Shown here: one piece after another, positions 41,893 through 54,346 of the stretch
Layout of the letters: every line of letters starts with the position of its first letter
Position numbering within the stretch: position 1 is the stretch's first letter
Assembly (NCBI GenBank): GCA_047495785.1
Contig: JBLDXI010000009.1
Span: forward strand, 3,100,001 to 3,164,000
Direction: 5' to 3'
Source of the DNA: Lepidodermella squamata
Lineage: Eukaryota; Animalia; Gastrotricha
Length of the DNA: 64,000 nucleotides
The notes under the pieces: model-generated
Told to the model about the DNA's origin: nothing
What the model saw: the letters and a program-made list of their open reading frames with translations, nothing else
The model's database searches: none
Position numbers and translations under genes: made by a program

Positions 41893-44800
41893 ATGCATGA
41901 TGATAATTACACGCAGTTTGACGTTAATTACGGCCCGGCTGCTTTTCTAACCGATGGACCAAAAGGTCTTTTCGTCCTGTACGACTACAGCGTGTCAATT
42001 TTAGCCATCTTCCTCAACTTATTCGTCCTTCGCAGCGTTGTAAAAGCTCGCATCAATTTAACCGGCTACAAGTATTTCCTGATATCAATGGGCGCCAGTG
42101 ATTTGTACGTGTCGTGCGTCAACGTGTCAATTCTTGTCGTCGACGCGGCGCTGATGCATAATTTCAACAGTAAATGCGTTGCTCAAGTCTTTCGAAGCCT
42201 TCAAATATCTAGCCTACTCATTAACCTGTTCAATTTATGCGGCATGAGCCTAGACCATCTTATTGGCATTGTGAGTTTAAAGTTTAAACATTCATTGTTT
42301 GTTCTGAGGCCTAATTATGTAATTAATTGCTCATGTAAATCGAAAAATCGAATAATTTATTGATTCAAAATGGACTATTTAAAATCGAATTATTGCTATT
42401 AAAAAAAATTAAGGAGGATTTTGTATAATTTCGAAGCTTTTCAATTAACTTCAAATTGAAATTGAAATTTTTGAAAAAAATTGAAATTTTGAAATTGAAC
42501 CAGCTACTTGATCCCGATGATTGTTGGGCATATAATTGGCTGGCAATATGGATTTTTGTTATTTTAAGAAATTTCAAAATCAGCCCAAAAAATTGGTTTT
42601 CGAACTTTTTTAATTTCGAAAATTTCACAAAAATATCAAGATTATTTAGCCTATACTGTCAAGCTCGCTCTTCTCGTTTTTTTCTCAGGTCTATCCACTC
42701 CATTACGATATCATTATGCGGCAAAGGAGGATGAAAACCGCTGTAGCTGTGATGTGGTCCGTCGCCATAATTCTAGGATCTGCTGAACTGCCTGTTACAA
42801 CCCTGGTTTACTTCTACCAACCCGACCCAAGCGTCGACCCTACAACGCCCACCAGTGTCAAAACCAAGTGCGAAAACGTTCAAGGTTCAACGCCAAGTGA
42901 CGCTGATTTAATTTTTCAACTCGCTAAATTCTCGCAAAATGGCTCACTGGCTCAAAGCCATCCTTTGCTTCAGGAGTTAATTCTAGAAGTCGAGCATGAA
43001 CAGGAATATTTGCTGGCGTTGGATAAGTCAAGCCGGGAGAGAATTACGCCGGTTTCGACGACTACAACTGAGCGATTGGGCGAGATTAAATTCATCAAAA
43101 GCTCTGATATGATGTCAATGCTTCGAATGAAACCTCTTTCGTCAATGGCGAAAAATCAGTCCGAAGACACTCTCATCTTGGCGGGAAAGCAAACTACTGA
43201 AAAGTGAGAATTATATTGAAATTCAAATATTTATGCATATTCTAATGAGCATAAACAATTTTCCGCCAGTTTCCCAAATTTAACTATTTTTTCCAAATGT
43301 TTTGGTAATTCCTTGCTAGCTTTGGTTTCAAATTGTAGAATTTGCGAGGACAAGCTATTTTTTTATCTTCGAAAAACTTTCGTTTAAAATTTTTAATTTC
43401 GATAAGTTGAAATTTCAAATTTTAAAAAGTTCAAAATTTTTAATTTTTAAATTTAAATTAGACCCCCAGCTTATTACGAATGCATGCTGAGCAGCATGAT
43501 GGACGTGTTGAACAAAGCCGCCGATTCGAGCCACTTGCACCACAGGCGGTCTTGGTGCCAGTTGTACCACAGCGTTTACTACCTCGAATACACCATCATG
43601 ACCTTCACTGTTCTATGCTTCATTTTCGTCGCCTTCTGCTACGGCCGCATTTTTCGCGAGCTGGTCAGCCGTCAGGAGGGCTCAAAGAAGCGATCTGTCA
43701 AAAAATTCGTCGGCACAACTCTACTGCTGCTCGGAAATTTTTGTCTATGGTTTGTTATTAGAAAAATCAAACAATTCTAGCTTCGGATCTAAATAAGCAC
43801 CCTTAAAGCGGAAAATGTCGATATGACCCCAATTTCAAAGATCTAAAACCCCAAAAATTAGGCAAAAATTGGAACGGCATTTTTAAGACTTAACCTTAGA
43901 TTGGGGTCCAACAAATTAATCTCTAAATTATTCCTATTTTATGCCGTTTCGAGAATCCGTGCTTGGCCGATATTTATGCACCTTATGACCTCACAACCTT
44001 TTATTTTAGCTACCTGGTACCGTCAATTATGCGGAATGTTTTCAATGTTTGGGATTCTAGGCTGATGTTATCGGAAAAATCACTGATTTGTAAAATCGAT
44101 AATTGAAATCGATATGGAAGTGGAAACTTCATATTGACCGACGATATCGCAATTTACGCATAATAGTGAGATCAATCGGTTGGCTGCGGTAATTGAAAAA
44201 TTAAGAAACTAAATCACGCACGCGCCCGAACTATTTTTAGCGAAGCTCGGGTTCAATGCGGCCAAAAATAAATAGTGTAACTCGCGCATGTGCTAAAAAA
44301 TGGTTTTGATAGACGATTTATCCACATCATACTCTCACTACTCATTTTTTCCTGGATTTTCTTGCGTGGAGCTAAGAGTGTCCTAGTTAAGAGACACATA
44401 TAATGAATATTTTCACATTCCAAAAATAAGGTATCATTTGAGCTATTTTTAGATCACTCCGGTCCTTATTCGAGCGAACTAATATTTGTAGAATACACTC
44501 GTACTGGAAATTTAGAATGACGTCATATCGATCTCACCATAATTTCTTATGCTTAAAATTATAATTCCAGAAAAATTTTAGGGAGACTGGAAAATCTCAT
44601 GATGAGCTAAATTTAAATGTGCACTTGTTAAACCCCTTCAAGTTTAAATTTCTGTTTATTTAACAGCTATTTAGTCTATATGGTGTTCGAACTTTCGATG
44701 GCCTTGTCAATATACCTCAACACTGGCGCAGGAAGCGATGGCTCGCCGAATCCGGGATCCATGTCGCCATCTGCAAGCTGGCCGAGTTTGATGATAGCAC

Positions 44801-44985
44801 ACAATGTCTTCGGATCACTCCTTATGACTTCACCTTTCATTCAGCCCATCATTTACGCTGGACGGTTGTCAATAGTTCGAAAGTAAGTTGCGACTATAAA
44901 TTATATTAGCTATAAAAGAGCCTTTCAATTTTTTTCCATCAACAGGCAAGTCTTCAAAGATCTTACCTCGGCTTCAACTCGCTGA
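41893..44985 (+). CDS. Class A GPCR paralog 6 (large ECL2, nearly tailless, P6.50 apparently Val)
   Basis: Exons ~41893-42270, 42689-43203, 43462-43749, 44667-44882, 44946-44985. Motifs SMGASDL, MSLDHLIG, SWC, CYLV, QPIIY. Confidence 0.88.
44065..44115 (+). repeat. Dispersed intronic repeat ATCGGAAAAATCACTGATTTGTAAAATCGAT; copies at ~46858-46920 (+), ~57295-57360 (-), ~62793-62845 (-)
   Basis: Four near-identical cores seen directly. Confidence 0.75.
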
Positions 44986-45673
44986 AATGTCTTCAAATTA
45001 AAATATTATAATGTTGTTTTTATTTTGAAGAAAATAATGGAAATAAAATTCAATAAGTTGAGTTTGACGTCATCCAAAGTGATCGATTTATTTTATTGGT
45101 AAGTTTTATTGGGACGCAAAATAAGAGCGAGACTCATCGCCGGCAGTTTCTTGTTTGTCCTCAGCGGGACACTTCAAGAAGAAGTGTGTTTTTTTTGTCT
45201 CAAATTTACGAGCTGAAAAATTTCCCAGCGGACTTGATTATTTATCCGATTTACGCAAATTTAGGCGGTTTTTTTTCCTGATAAAATGATTATATTGCGT
45301 GTGAAGTGCGTTTCATCTTGAAAGAATACCTACAGGTAGAAAAAGATATCGCTATGGGTAATTGAACCATAGCGATGGCGAAAAAATCGACAGCTAGAGA
45401 TTATTTCCGCTAAATTACACAATTTCAAGTGATTTCTTTTGATTTTGATTGAGGTTTACGCATGCCGGCTGATACTATTTAACTAGGACCTGCTGTGTAG
45501 CGCATATTTGAGGAGTCACAAAAATCGCCTTTCGGCTGTGATTATCAGTACAAACCCTGCTAATTTGATTTTACGCGCTCTGGTCGATACGCATTTGTAG
45601 CCAAGGTATTGAACATTTTATTGAAAAAAACTTTACCATCATTTTTTTACCGAATGAAGACACTTGGATAAAA

Positions 45674-48072
45674 ATGCTGGAATATGACACAGCCCCGCCC
45701 TACCCAACTATGCCAGCTCCGACTTCGTCCTTACCTATCATCCTACAAGGCCCTAAGGGCATATTTAAATTATACGATTACCTCGCAACAGCCGCTGCTA
45801 TACTAATCAATTTAGTCGTCCTTCACAGCGTGATTCGAACCCGAATCCACCTGACAGGCTACAAGTACTTCCTGGTGAGTCTAGGCGTCAGTGATCTATT
45901 CCTATCCCTGATCTACACAGCGATATTCGCGATTGAAATCATCCGAACTTACAATATTGATAGCAAATGCTGGGGCCAGATTTTTCGCAGCCTTGAAATG
46001 TCCGGTTTCATAGCGAATCTGCTCAATCTCAGCGGCATGAGTGCTGACCATCTTATCGGAATTGTCTACCCGTTTTCGTACGAAAAATACAGCCGTAAAT
46101 CGAATTTAAAACTGGGAGTTGCGATTTTATGGACGACTGCCTTAATTCTCGGCTCGGCTGAGCTGCCAATGGCTACGATTTTCTACTATTTATCTAGCCA
46201 AAGCACGAACGAATTCGCTAATTTCGGCGTTATGCAAGCTGCTAATTGTTCGCAGCAAAATGCTAGCCTGTCTATGAATAGTTCGAGCTTAATCTTCCAA
46301 GCAATGGGCCTTCGAGACCTGATGACTGCCAATGATGAAGAATTGGAGGAGGAGTACGATGCCCATGATTCGAGTTTAAATTTTTTATTTATTAACGATG
46401 ACGGAGTTACAACGACTGATGCTACAACGGTTGTGCCAGCTACAACTGAACCTATTGCTGAGAGACAGGAAATACCTTCGCCGGATTTTACGATTGATTT
46501 AGTTCAGGATGGACATCCTTCGTATACTACGTATTTCTATCTGAATGCTGGCAATAATTTCACCCTGCTTCGAATGGGGGATTTATTGAAAGAGGCCGAA
46601 TCGTTCGATAACGCAACAGAGATTATAGCTTCGGAAGCTCCAGTTCCCATGGAAATTCCTGTATACAGGTAAATTTCTGGAAAAAATAAATGCTTGGTCG
46701 ATTTATTTGAAACATTAAAACTGAAGTTGCAGCCCTTAATTTTCTGATTTTGAATTATTCCATTCTTTATCGATAATGACGCACCCTGGGACCCCAGGAT
46801 CTTATATTTAACGCTAAAGGTTATGTATAATAATATAATTACCATCCTAATAGACTGTCGATATCGGAAAAATCACTGAATTGTAAAATCGATAGAGGAA
46901 ATCGATATCTTGTCTGCAGGCCGATCTCTGAAAGTATTTTGCCATGGAAATGCCGATCAACTACGAAACTTGTCGAGCAGAATACAAAAATACGAACAAT
47001 TCCATTATAGATAGGTAAAATACCAAAAATTACCGAAATACTCCAATCGGGTTTTTTCGGGTTTTTTCGTGGGAATTGAATACCAAATGTTGCTAGTAGG
47101 TAAAATTTGGTAAAAAATACCAAAATCATTTACCAAAAATTAGCACCTCAAAAGTAGCTTATGAGACACCCTGTAATAAGATCTGCCGGTTACAGCCACG
47201 ACTAATGCATTGTGGGATATTTGGCTTTCAGGTTTGAAGCTTTAATTAGGTGTACGCTTTGGCGGTCCTATTTTTTAATTTTTTTAAATATATAATTAAT
47301 TTGTTTAGTTCCCCATCGAACACTGACTACACCTGTGTAGTAAACAGTATCTTGAATGCACTGGACAACGTTGGTAGCAACGACGATTCTGCGAATCCGG
47401 CTCAAAGTTGGTGCCGATTTTACCGAAACGCCCCGTATCTGGAGTACGCCATCATGGCGCTGACTCTGCTCTGCTTCACCTTCGTCATCTACACGTACTG
47501 CATGATCTTCCACGAGGTAAAAACCCGGACTTGTCTGAGCCTGAAAAAACTTCGGTTCAATTTTTGTACCAGGTTTTCTACAAACCCGAACCAGCTAAGC
47601 GAAATGTTAGACGCCTCGTCATGACTACGCTTATCCTTCTGGGAGTATTTTGTGTTTGTTATTTGGTAAAAATTCTAATAATTAATTATTGAAACGAGAA
47701 AAATAATTGAATTTTCCCTATCAGCCTTTCATGATTTTCGAATTAACAATGGTACTGGCTATGCACTTCAATGTCTCCGCCGCTATTCATATGAAAAAAG
47801 CGTGGCCAAGGTTTTTGATTTATATTTTCGAGTAATTTTTTTTAATAACGCATTTATTTTATTTTCCAAGCTTCATGGTTGCGCATAACATATTCAATTC
47901 CCTGCTGATAACTTCGCCGCTAATTCAGCCGCTATTGTACGCCGGCCGGTTGTCGACTGTACGAAGGTTTGACTCGTCTTTTCGCCCCCTGAATTTATCA
48001 ATAATTCACTCCCATTTCATTCACAGGCAAATATGGAAAGATTTGGCTGAATTAAAGTCACGATTTCGATAA
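45674..48072 (+). CDS. Class A GPCR paralog 7 (large acidic ECL2, nearly tailless)
   Basis: Exons ~45674-46668, 47308-47516, 47573-47664, 47724-47809, 47871-47966, 48026-48072. Motifs SLGVSDL, MSADHLIGIVYP, SWC, CYL|P, QPLLY. Confidence 0.92.
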
Positions 48073-49138
48073 AAATCATCTTTTAGCTTTATAAAAATTA
48101 TGAGATTTTTCACCTGCTTATCGCTTAATAAATAAACTCGAGTCGGACAGATGGTCTTTTTTATGCCTGCAGTACTTTTTTACTGGATCGTTTCCGGTTC
48201 CGGTTGATTGGAAAAAGCTCAAACCGCGAGACTCGTTGGGAAATTTGCGTGTGGTAATTCGATTTTTAAGCTGGCGAAAATGTAATTGAAACTCGATACA
48301 TTAGGATTTTTCGCAATTTATTATAACAATTTCTCGCATAGCGCGCAAAAAAACACTTGAATATCATATAAATATTTATATCAGCTATTGCTTTGTAAAA
48401 ACAAACGGCATGGAAATTCTTGTAAGATGAATAGAAAAAAATCTCCGCGCTAAGCTACAGATGAACACTTTGCAGCGATGATTTATCAATATGTATCTGA
48501 CAAGGTTGATTATAGTTATCATTTTTTTACAGCGTTGCATCGATTTTTATATCCGCAAATTCAATCTGAGCTGTGTTGAATAGTAGTAATAGTAGCAGCA
48601 GCCCACATTGCCGTGTTACGCACTAATCTGCAATATAACGCGCGCTTAAAAAATTTCATCGCACTCCTCGCCAAAACTGAAAGCAGCAACTTGCGAGCGA
48701 GTTTTTTGCCCAGTTTTTACTCTATTCGAAAAATAAAGAAACAATTATATACGTCCGCGCTTTCTTAAAAAAGAACTACGCGTTCTTGAAACGAACGTGT
48801 ACAATTCCGCTATTATTTTCAAATTAACAAAAGTGCGTCTCAATATAACGGCCGGGGATCGATAAAATTATTTTCAGAACGACGGCGGTTTAAACTCGAT
48901 TTTATTGTTTTCACCTTATTCGTATATTACAGCCTATATAATATCGAACACTTGGGAACTACTTGAAGTTCAATTTCTCAGACGATATCCTTATAGTTTT
49001 TCGCCGCCCTTGACATTCGTGGTGCGAGGGTGGTCACATGACTTGCGCGGGCGCACATTTATGGATGCTCATTAAATTTGGTTTATATTTCTTCAGATTT
49101 TTTCTAGGATATTGCACGCAATGACTTGAAACCCTGCC

Positions 49139-52100
49139 ATGCCATCGCCCGCAGCAACCTTAGCCCCAACAGCTTTCCTAACCGAAGGCCCGAAGGGGGG
49201 TTTTGTAATCTTCGACTACTCCGTATCACTTCTCGCCGTTATCGTCAACATCATCGTATTGCGAAGCGTAGTCAAGGCGAAGATCCACCTTATCGGGTAT
49301 AAATACTCGCTGGTCAGCCTTGGCGTCTCAAATCTCTACCTGTGCTGTGTTAACATTGCGATTTTCGTCGTTGAAGCCGCGCGGCTTCACAACTTCAACT
49401 CGGAGTGCTGGGGTCAGATATTTCGCAGCCTTCAAATATCAGGCCTTATCGCAAACTTACTCAACCTTTCTTTCATGTCGTTCGACCATCTTATCGGCAT
49501 TGTTTATCCTTTCATGTATCAAAAGGTTCGTTTAATCTATTTTTTACAAATTTATGCGAAAAAAATAACTTCTTAAGGTGGAATTTTTTATTTCAAAGTC
49601 TATGACGTATTTTGTCGTTCGGCTAATGAGCCCCGTCTACTCTATTAGGAAACGCTTCAAATCAAATTAAAATAATTAAGGAAAACAACAAGCAGTCCAA
49701 GTTTTCGGGATCCCGTGAGCGTATAGCGTGGCGTAGTGTCATGTGAGCCCTTGATTGACGCTTGTCCAATTGCCATTATTCTCAACATTTATCATTATCT
49801 CGTTGACGCGTGCTTTTTTTTCTCCGAATTCCTGAAGGACACGTCATCAATACAGTTACAGAAGTTGCCCTGAACAAGCCTATATGTCACTTGTACATTT
49901 TGTCCTCCTAATCCTTGATAGAATTGTGAGCAAAAGTAGAACGGAGCGAAATTCAAAGAATCTCACGATTCTAGATCAGATCACAAAATGTCCCATATAT
50001 AAGCTTAAACGGAGATTAAAGGTTACATTAAAATAAAAAAATCCCGATGCCCTAAGAATGCTAAAATAGTTATAAACAGATTTGAAAAAATCTAGAAATT
50101 TGGCCAACCCGGGTAAAATACCGAACCAGGTACCAAAATAAAGCCTGCCCATAAGCAGGACAGGCAAGAAACCTACACGCGAATGGCTTCAGAAACTAAA
50201 ATGAGAGATGGAGCGCGGGAAATGTTCAGGAAAATTCAAAGAAGCATGAGCATTGTAATCAAGTATATCCAACCGGGAAATATACCGAAAATTACCGAAC
50301 CAGTTACCATCGGGGTTTTTCGGGTTTTCTCGGATTTTTTTTCATTTGAGTTAAATCGCGGATAAAAGATTGAATATTAGAAACAATCATTTGCATTTCC
50401 TTAAAAAAGTTGCCAAATTAAATAATAGTTGGGACACTCTTTATACCGTAAAATACCGAACCAAACCAGAGACATTCCGAATTTTTCTCCCGTCAATTAT
50501 GAATCTCCTCAGTAATATCGCGGAAAAAGAGCGGAATAAATGATTTGATTAAAAATATTATATTAAAATGCCTAGTTAATAATTATGGGACACGTTGTAG
50601 TACGGCTTAAAATAGAATAAAATGTAAAACCTAATTTAACCCTGGATAAATTACATTGAATTGGCCCTGAAAAAATCGATAATTTTATGTTGCAAATTTA
50701 TAGGTGACGAGAAAGTGCGTAATCAAAGTGATAATGGCAATACTGTGGTCGATAGCGATTTTTCTGGGCTCGGCCGAGTTGCCGTTCACGACATTCCTGT
50801 ACCTCAGCGGTTATCAGCAGCCGGCGAATGCGAAGAGTTCATTCAATCGCAACAACGAGAACAACGGCCTTAACTGCTCGCAGTACTCGGACCGCATGCA
50901 GCTGCCCGATCTAGGCGAAGCTCTGTTCGCGCCGCCTTCGGTCCGCCTGAATGGAGACTACAACGAAGAAGTCCCGGCGCAGATGCATGAATTGCTGAAC
51001 TTCAACCTCGATACTACAACACTATGGGCAATGCAGAAAGAAATTTTAGGGGCGGAGGAGATTTTGAGCCGGGAGAGAAGCCGCGAAACTACGACTACAA
51101 CCATGCGAACTCCGAGCTCAAAATCAAAGTTGACGACGACAACATCGCCGAGGACGAAATCAAAACAAAAGCCGGGTAGAACTACGACAGTGTCCGGTAG
51201 AAGTCGAAAGAGGCATCGGCGTGATAATTTAATGTTGGACATGGACCGCGGCCAGCCGGGGTCTGAAGAGTACCAGTGTTTGATGCAGGAATTTATGGCG
51301 AAGCTAGGCAAGACAACGCGGAAAACGTCGCGCGTGAAATCGTCCGGTTTCCATAACTGGTGTGGAATTTACAAAAATGCGCCTTATCTCGAGTATGTCA
51401 TCATGTTTCTGACTATAACGTGCTTCCTTTTCGTGGCCTTCTGCTATGGCAAGATTTTCAAGGAGATTTTCTTCGCCGGCAACTCGGCCGGCCGGCACAA
51501 CGTTCGAAAGCTGGTCATGACAACTTTCATGCTTCTCGGAACCTTTTCAATTTGGTAATTTTTCATTAATTTTACATTTCAAATTTTATTACATTATAAT
51601 AATATTTTATTACATATAAAATACATTTTTTAATTTTTTTATGGAAAATTCCGAGTTTTTTATATTTAAATTGTTGAAATTTATCGGTTTTTCGAAGCCA
51701 TATTTGCGATATTGTTGATTATTTCCCATGATTTTTTTTATGTCTAGATTTTTCGAATTTAATGTCTTTTTTGGCCTGGACTGAGGACCCTAGACTAATA
51801 GTAATAACGGCACACTCAAAAAGCTCAGGGCTCAAAATTCGATTTATTTATAGGAAATATTACTGCTATAGCAACTATTATTGCTGGAGAGTCACTAAAT
51901 AATTTTTATTATTTTTTCCTAGCTATTTGCCTTTTATGGTCTTCGAGCTATCGATGGTCCTGGCGATGCATTTCGATCTAGGCTCGTCTTTCGTCATGAA
52001 AACGTCCCTTCCAAGGTAGAAACAAAATCATCTTTCAGCTTTCATCCTAATTTAACCCGATTTTATTCAGCTTTATGATCGCCCATAATATCTTCAATAG

Positions 52101-52484
52101 CTGCTTAATTACTTCGCCCTTACTCCAGCCCTTACTATACGCCGGTCGTCTATCGATTGTTAGAAGGTAATATCGGATTTTTTCAAAAAATTCACGATTT
52201 TAAAATTGTCCGCATAATATAGACAAATTCGAAATGATCTCAAGGACGCTGCTAACAAGTGCTGCCAATGTTTCTTCCCGGACGATGACGCATTTGCCCT
52301 AGGTTCGAGGCGAACAAGTCGCCGTAGTACGATATCACTTTTCGGCAGCAAAACGATGGAGTACGAAACCGCGGCGAAGAACTTGTGCGGCCACGGTCTC
52401 GGTAATGCCCGCAATTTGTGCGACCCAGCTGGTCTGGCCTCACCGCTCGAAACCCGCCAACTATCAACAGGCACGACACAATAA
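49139..52484 (+). CDS. Class A GPCR paralog 8 (large basic ECL2)
   Basis: Exons ~49139-49524, 50704-51554, 51923-52015, 52071-52166, 52223-52484. Motifs SLGVSNL, MSFDHLIGIVYP, NWC, CYLP, QPLLY. Confidence 0.92.
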
Positions 52485-53484
52485 AAGCGAAATAATTTTT
52501 TTTAAGAAATGTATGTGATTATCGACGGTATTTTAAGTAATAAAATCGATCTGCTTTTACAAGTTGTTTTTTTATTTTATTTATAGAAAGTCTACAAATT
52601 ATGTTTCGTCACGAGTTTCCGCCGGTACGCTAAGGTGTAGGCGAAATGCCTGTTTTGACGGCGGCTGAACTTCCTATGTTGAGAATACTATAAAGTTGTA
52701 TTTACTGTAGAATGCATGCGAGGCTTCGGACACTCGGCCACTCCTGCAGATTCAGATTGAAGTCTCAGTAATAAAAAAATGAATCTGCAAAACATTTTTT
52801 CCTTATATTTTTCATTTTCCAGAATATATCAGCCATAGACGTCTATAAATACCTGTATTCTTCTATTTTTGGCTTAGCTCTGCTAGTGCTAGCCTTGGCT
52901 TGAAAAATTCGTCGCGTTGAAGTAGTAAAATTAATCAATCTTTTTAGGGGCACTCACCACAATGCGACACATTCCGCTTATATTACAGCGATTTTAATCC
53001 ACATAGCATTCAATTTACTGAGTCATCGTCAGAGGTCGGATATGGGGCGACAACAGAGCTTCTCCGGATTCATCCTACGCTTAGGATTGATCCTAGACAG
53101 GAAAATTTTCGTCAGCAGTCGAAAAACTTTTTGAACAATTATCTCTTCCCAGTTCAGTTTTTATACATTCCTCCTATAATTTTTTGTTACTATCGAAAAT
53201 TTCGAAAAAAATCGATGTTAAAGCGATTTTCAATTACTCCGGCGGGAGCGTTGTTTTATGGGTAATTTTTTCTAATTTATTTCTTGACGATTTTTTCCAT
53301 TCAGCTTCAAAAAAATAATTTTTGACAGAAAACCGTTAGAATTTGTAAAACGCTTCAGAAATATACTCAATAGTAATTTATTTTATTACTATTAGATAAT
53401 CTTTTTTCCGATAGCGCAGTCATATTTTTCCGGATGAAATTCGGTAAGGTGCCAGCACCACAAATAAGAAAAAATTCGAGTCTC

Positions 53485-53552
53485 AACCTAACCCCAACCT
53501 TAGCCCTAACCCTAAACGGAACTTTGACACCTAACCCTAACCGCTAACCCCA
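53485..53552 (+). repeat. Degenerate (CCCTAA)n tract
   Basis: Seen directly. Confidence 0.75.
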
Positions 53553-54346
53553 ATTGCTAATCATCTTTTTGCTATAAAAGACTCATACATAACAAACGTT
53601 TCAGAAAGGTTATTCTGAAGAGCACTTCGAATATAATAATAATCATAATAATCTGACGGCTCTTGGGTTTCAGAAGAAAAATCACGATTTAAAATCGAGC
53701 GGAAGGGATATTTTTACCGATTCATGGGAGAACTCCAAATTTAGGTTTTAGATGAAACATATATTTCCAAATTACTCGAAGCATTCAAAATTTATTAATT
53801 TACAGGACAACAATTTGGTCAGATGAAAAAGGCCATTATTTTCTGTTTTTTTATTGAAAGTTGGCCCCGCCCTCATTTAAAATGTTTGTGTCAGTGGTTA
53901 GATTCAAAGACGTCACAGATTTAACTTGATTTGGCATGCCCTAACAAAGTTCTTTATTTAGCCTTAATTCTATCATATCACCATAGCTATAGCCGCTAGG
54001 TCTAAAAACTTGCCACTGATTATCTGTACACGCGAGATGATCCTACAGGATTTTACGCATCAATGCGTATCGAAACAATATCACCTACAAGTTTTTCGTC
54101 GTAGAATCACAAAAAAAATCGCTCGCACGGCTCAGACTTCTGCCGTTGATCCGTTCAATTAGGCATGAGATGTGTGCTTTAATCAAATAATTGAGCGCGC
54201 CTGTTATTTCCGGCACATAGCAGCAAGTCAAACTCTATCAACACCTTTCCTATAAAAAAATAGGTGTGATTTTTTTGTTATTTTCCTGAGAAAATGAGTT
54301 TTTTCTTTACATTTTTTCAAATTTTTAGAAATTAAAATGAAATAAA

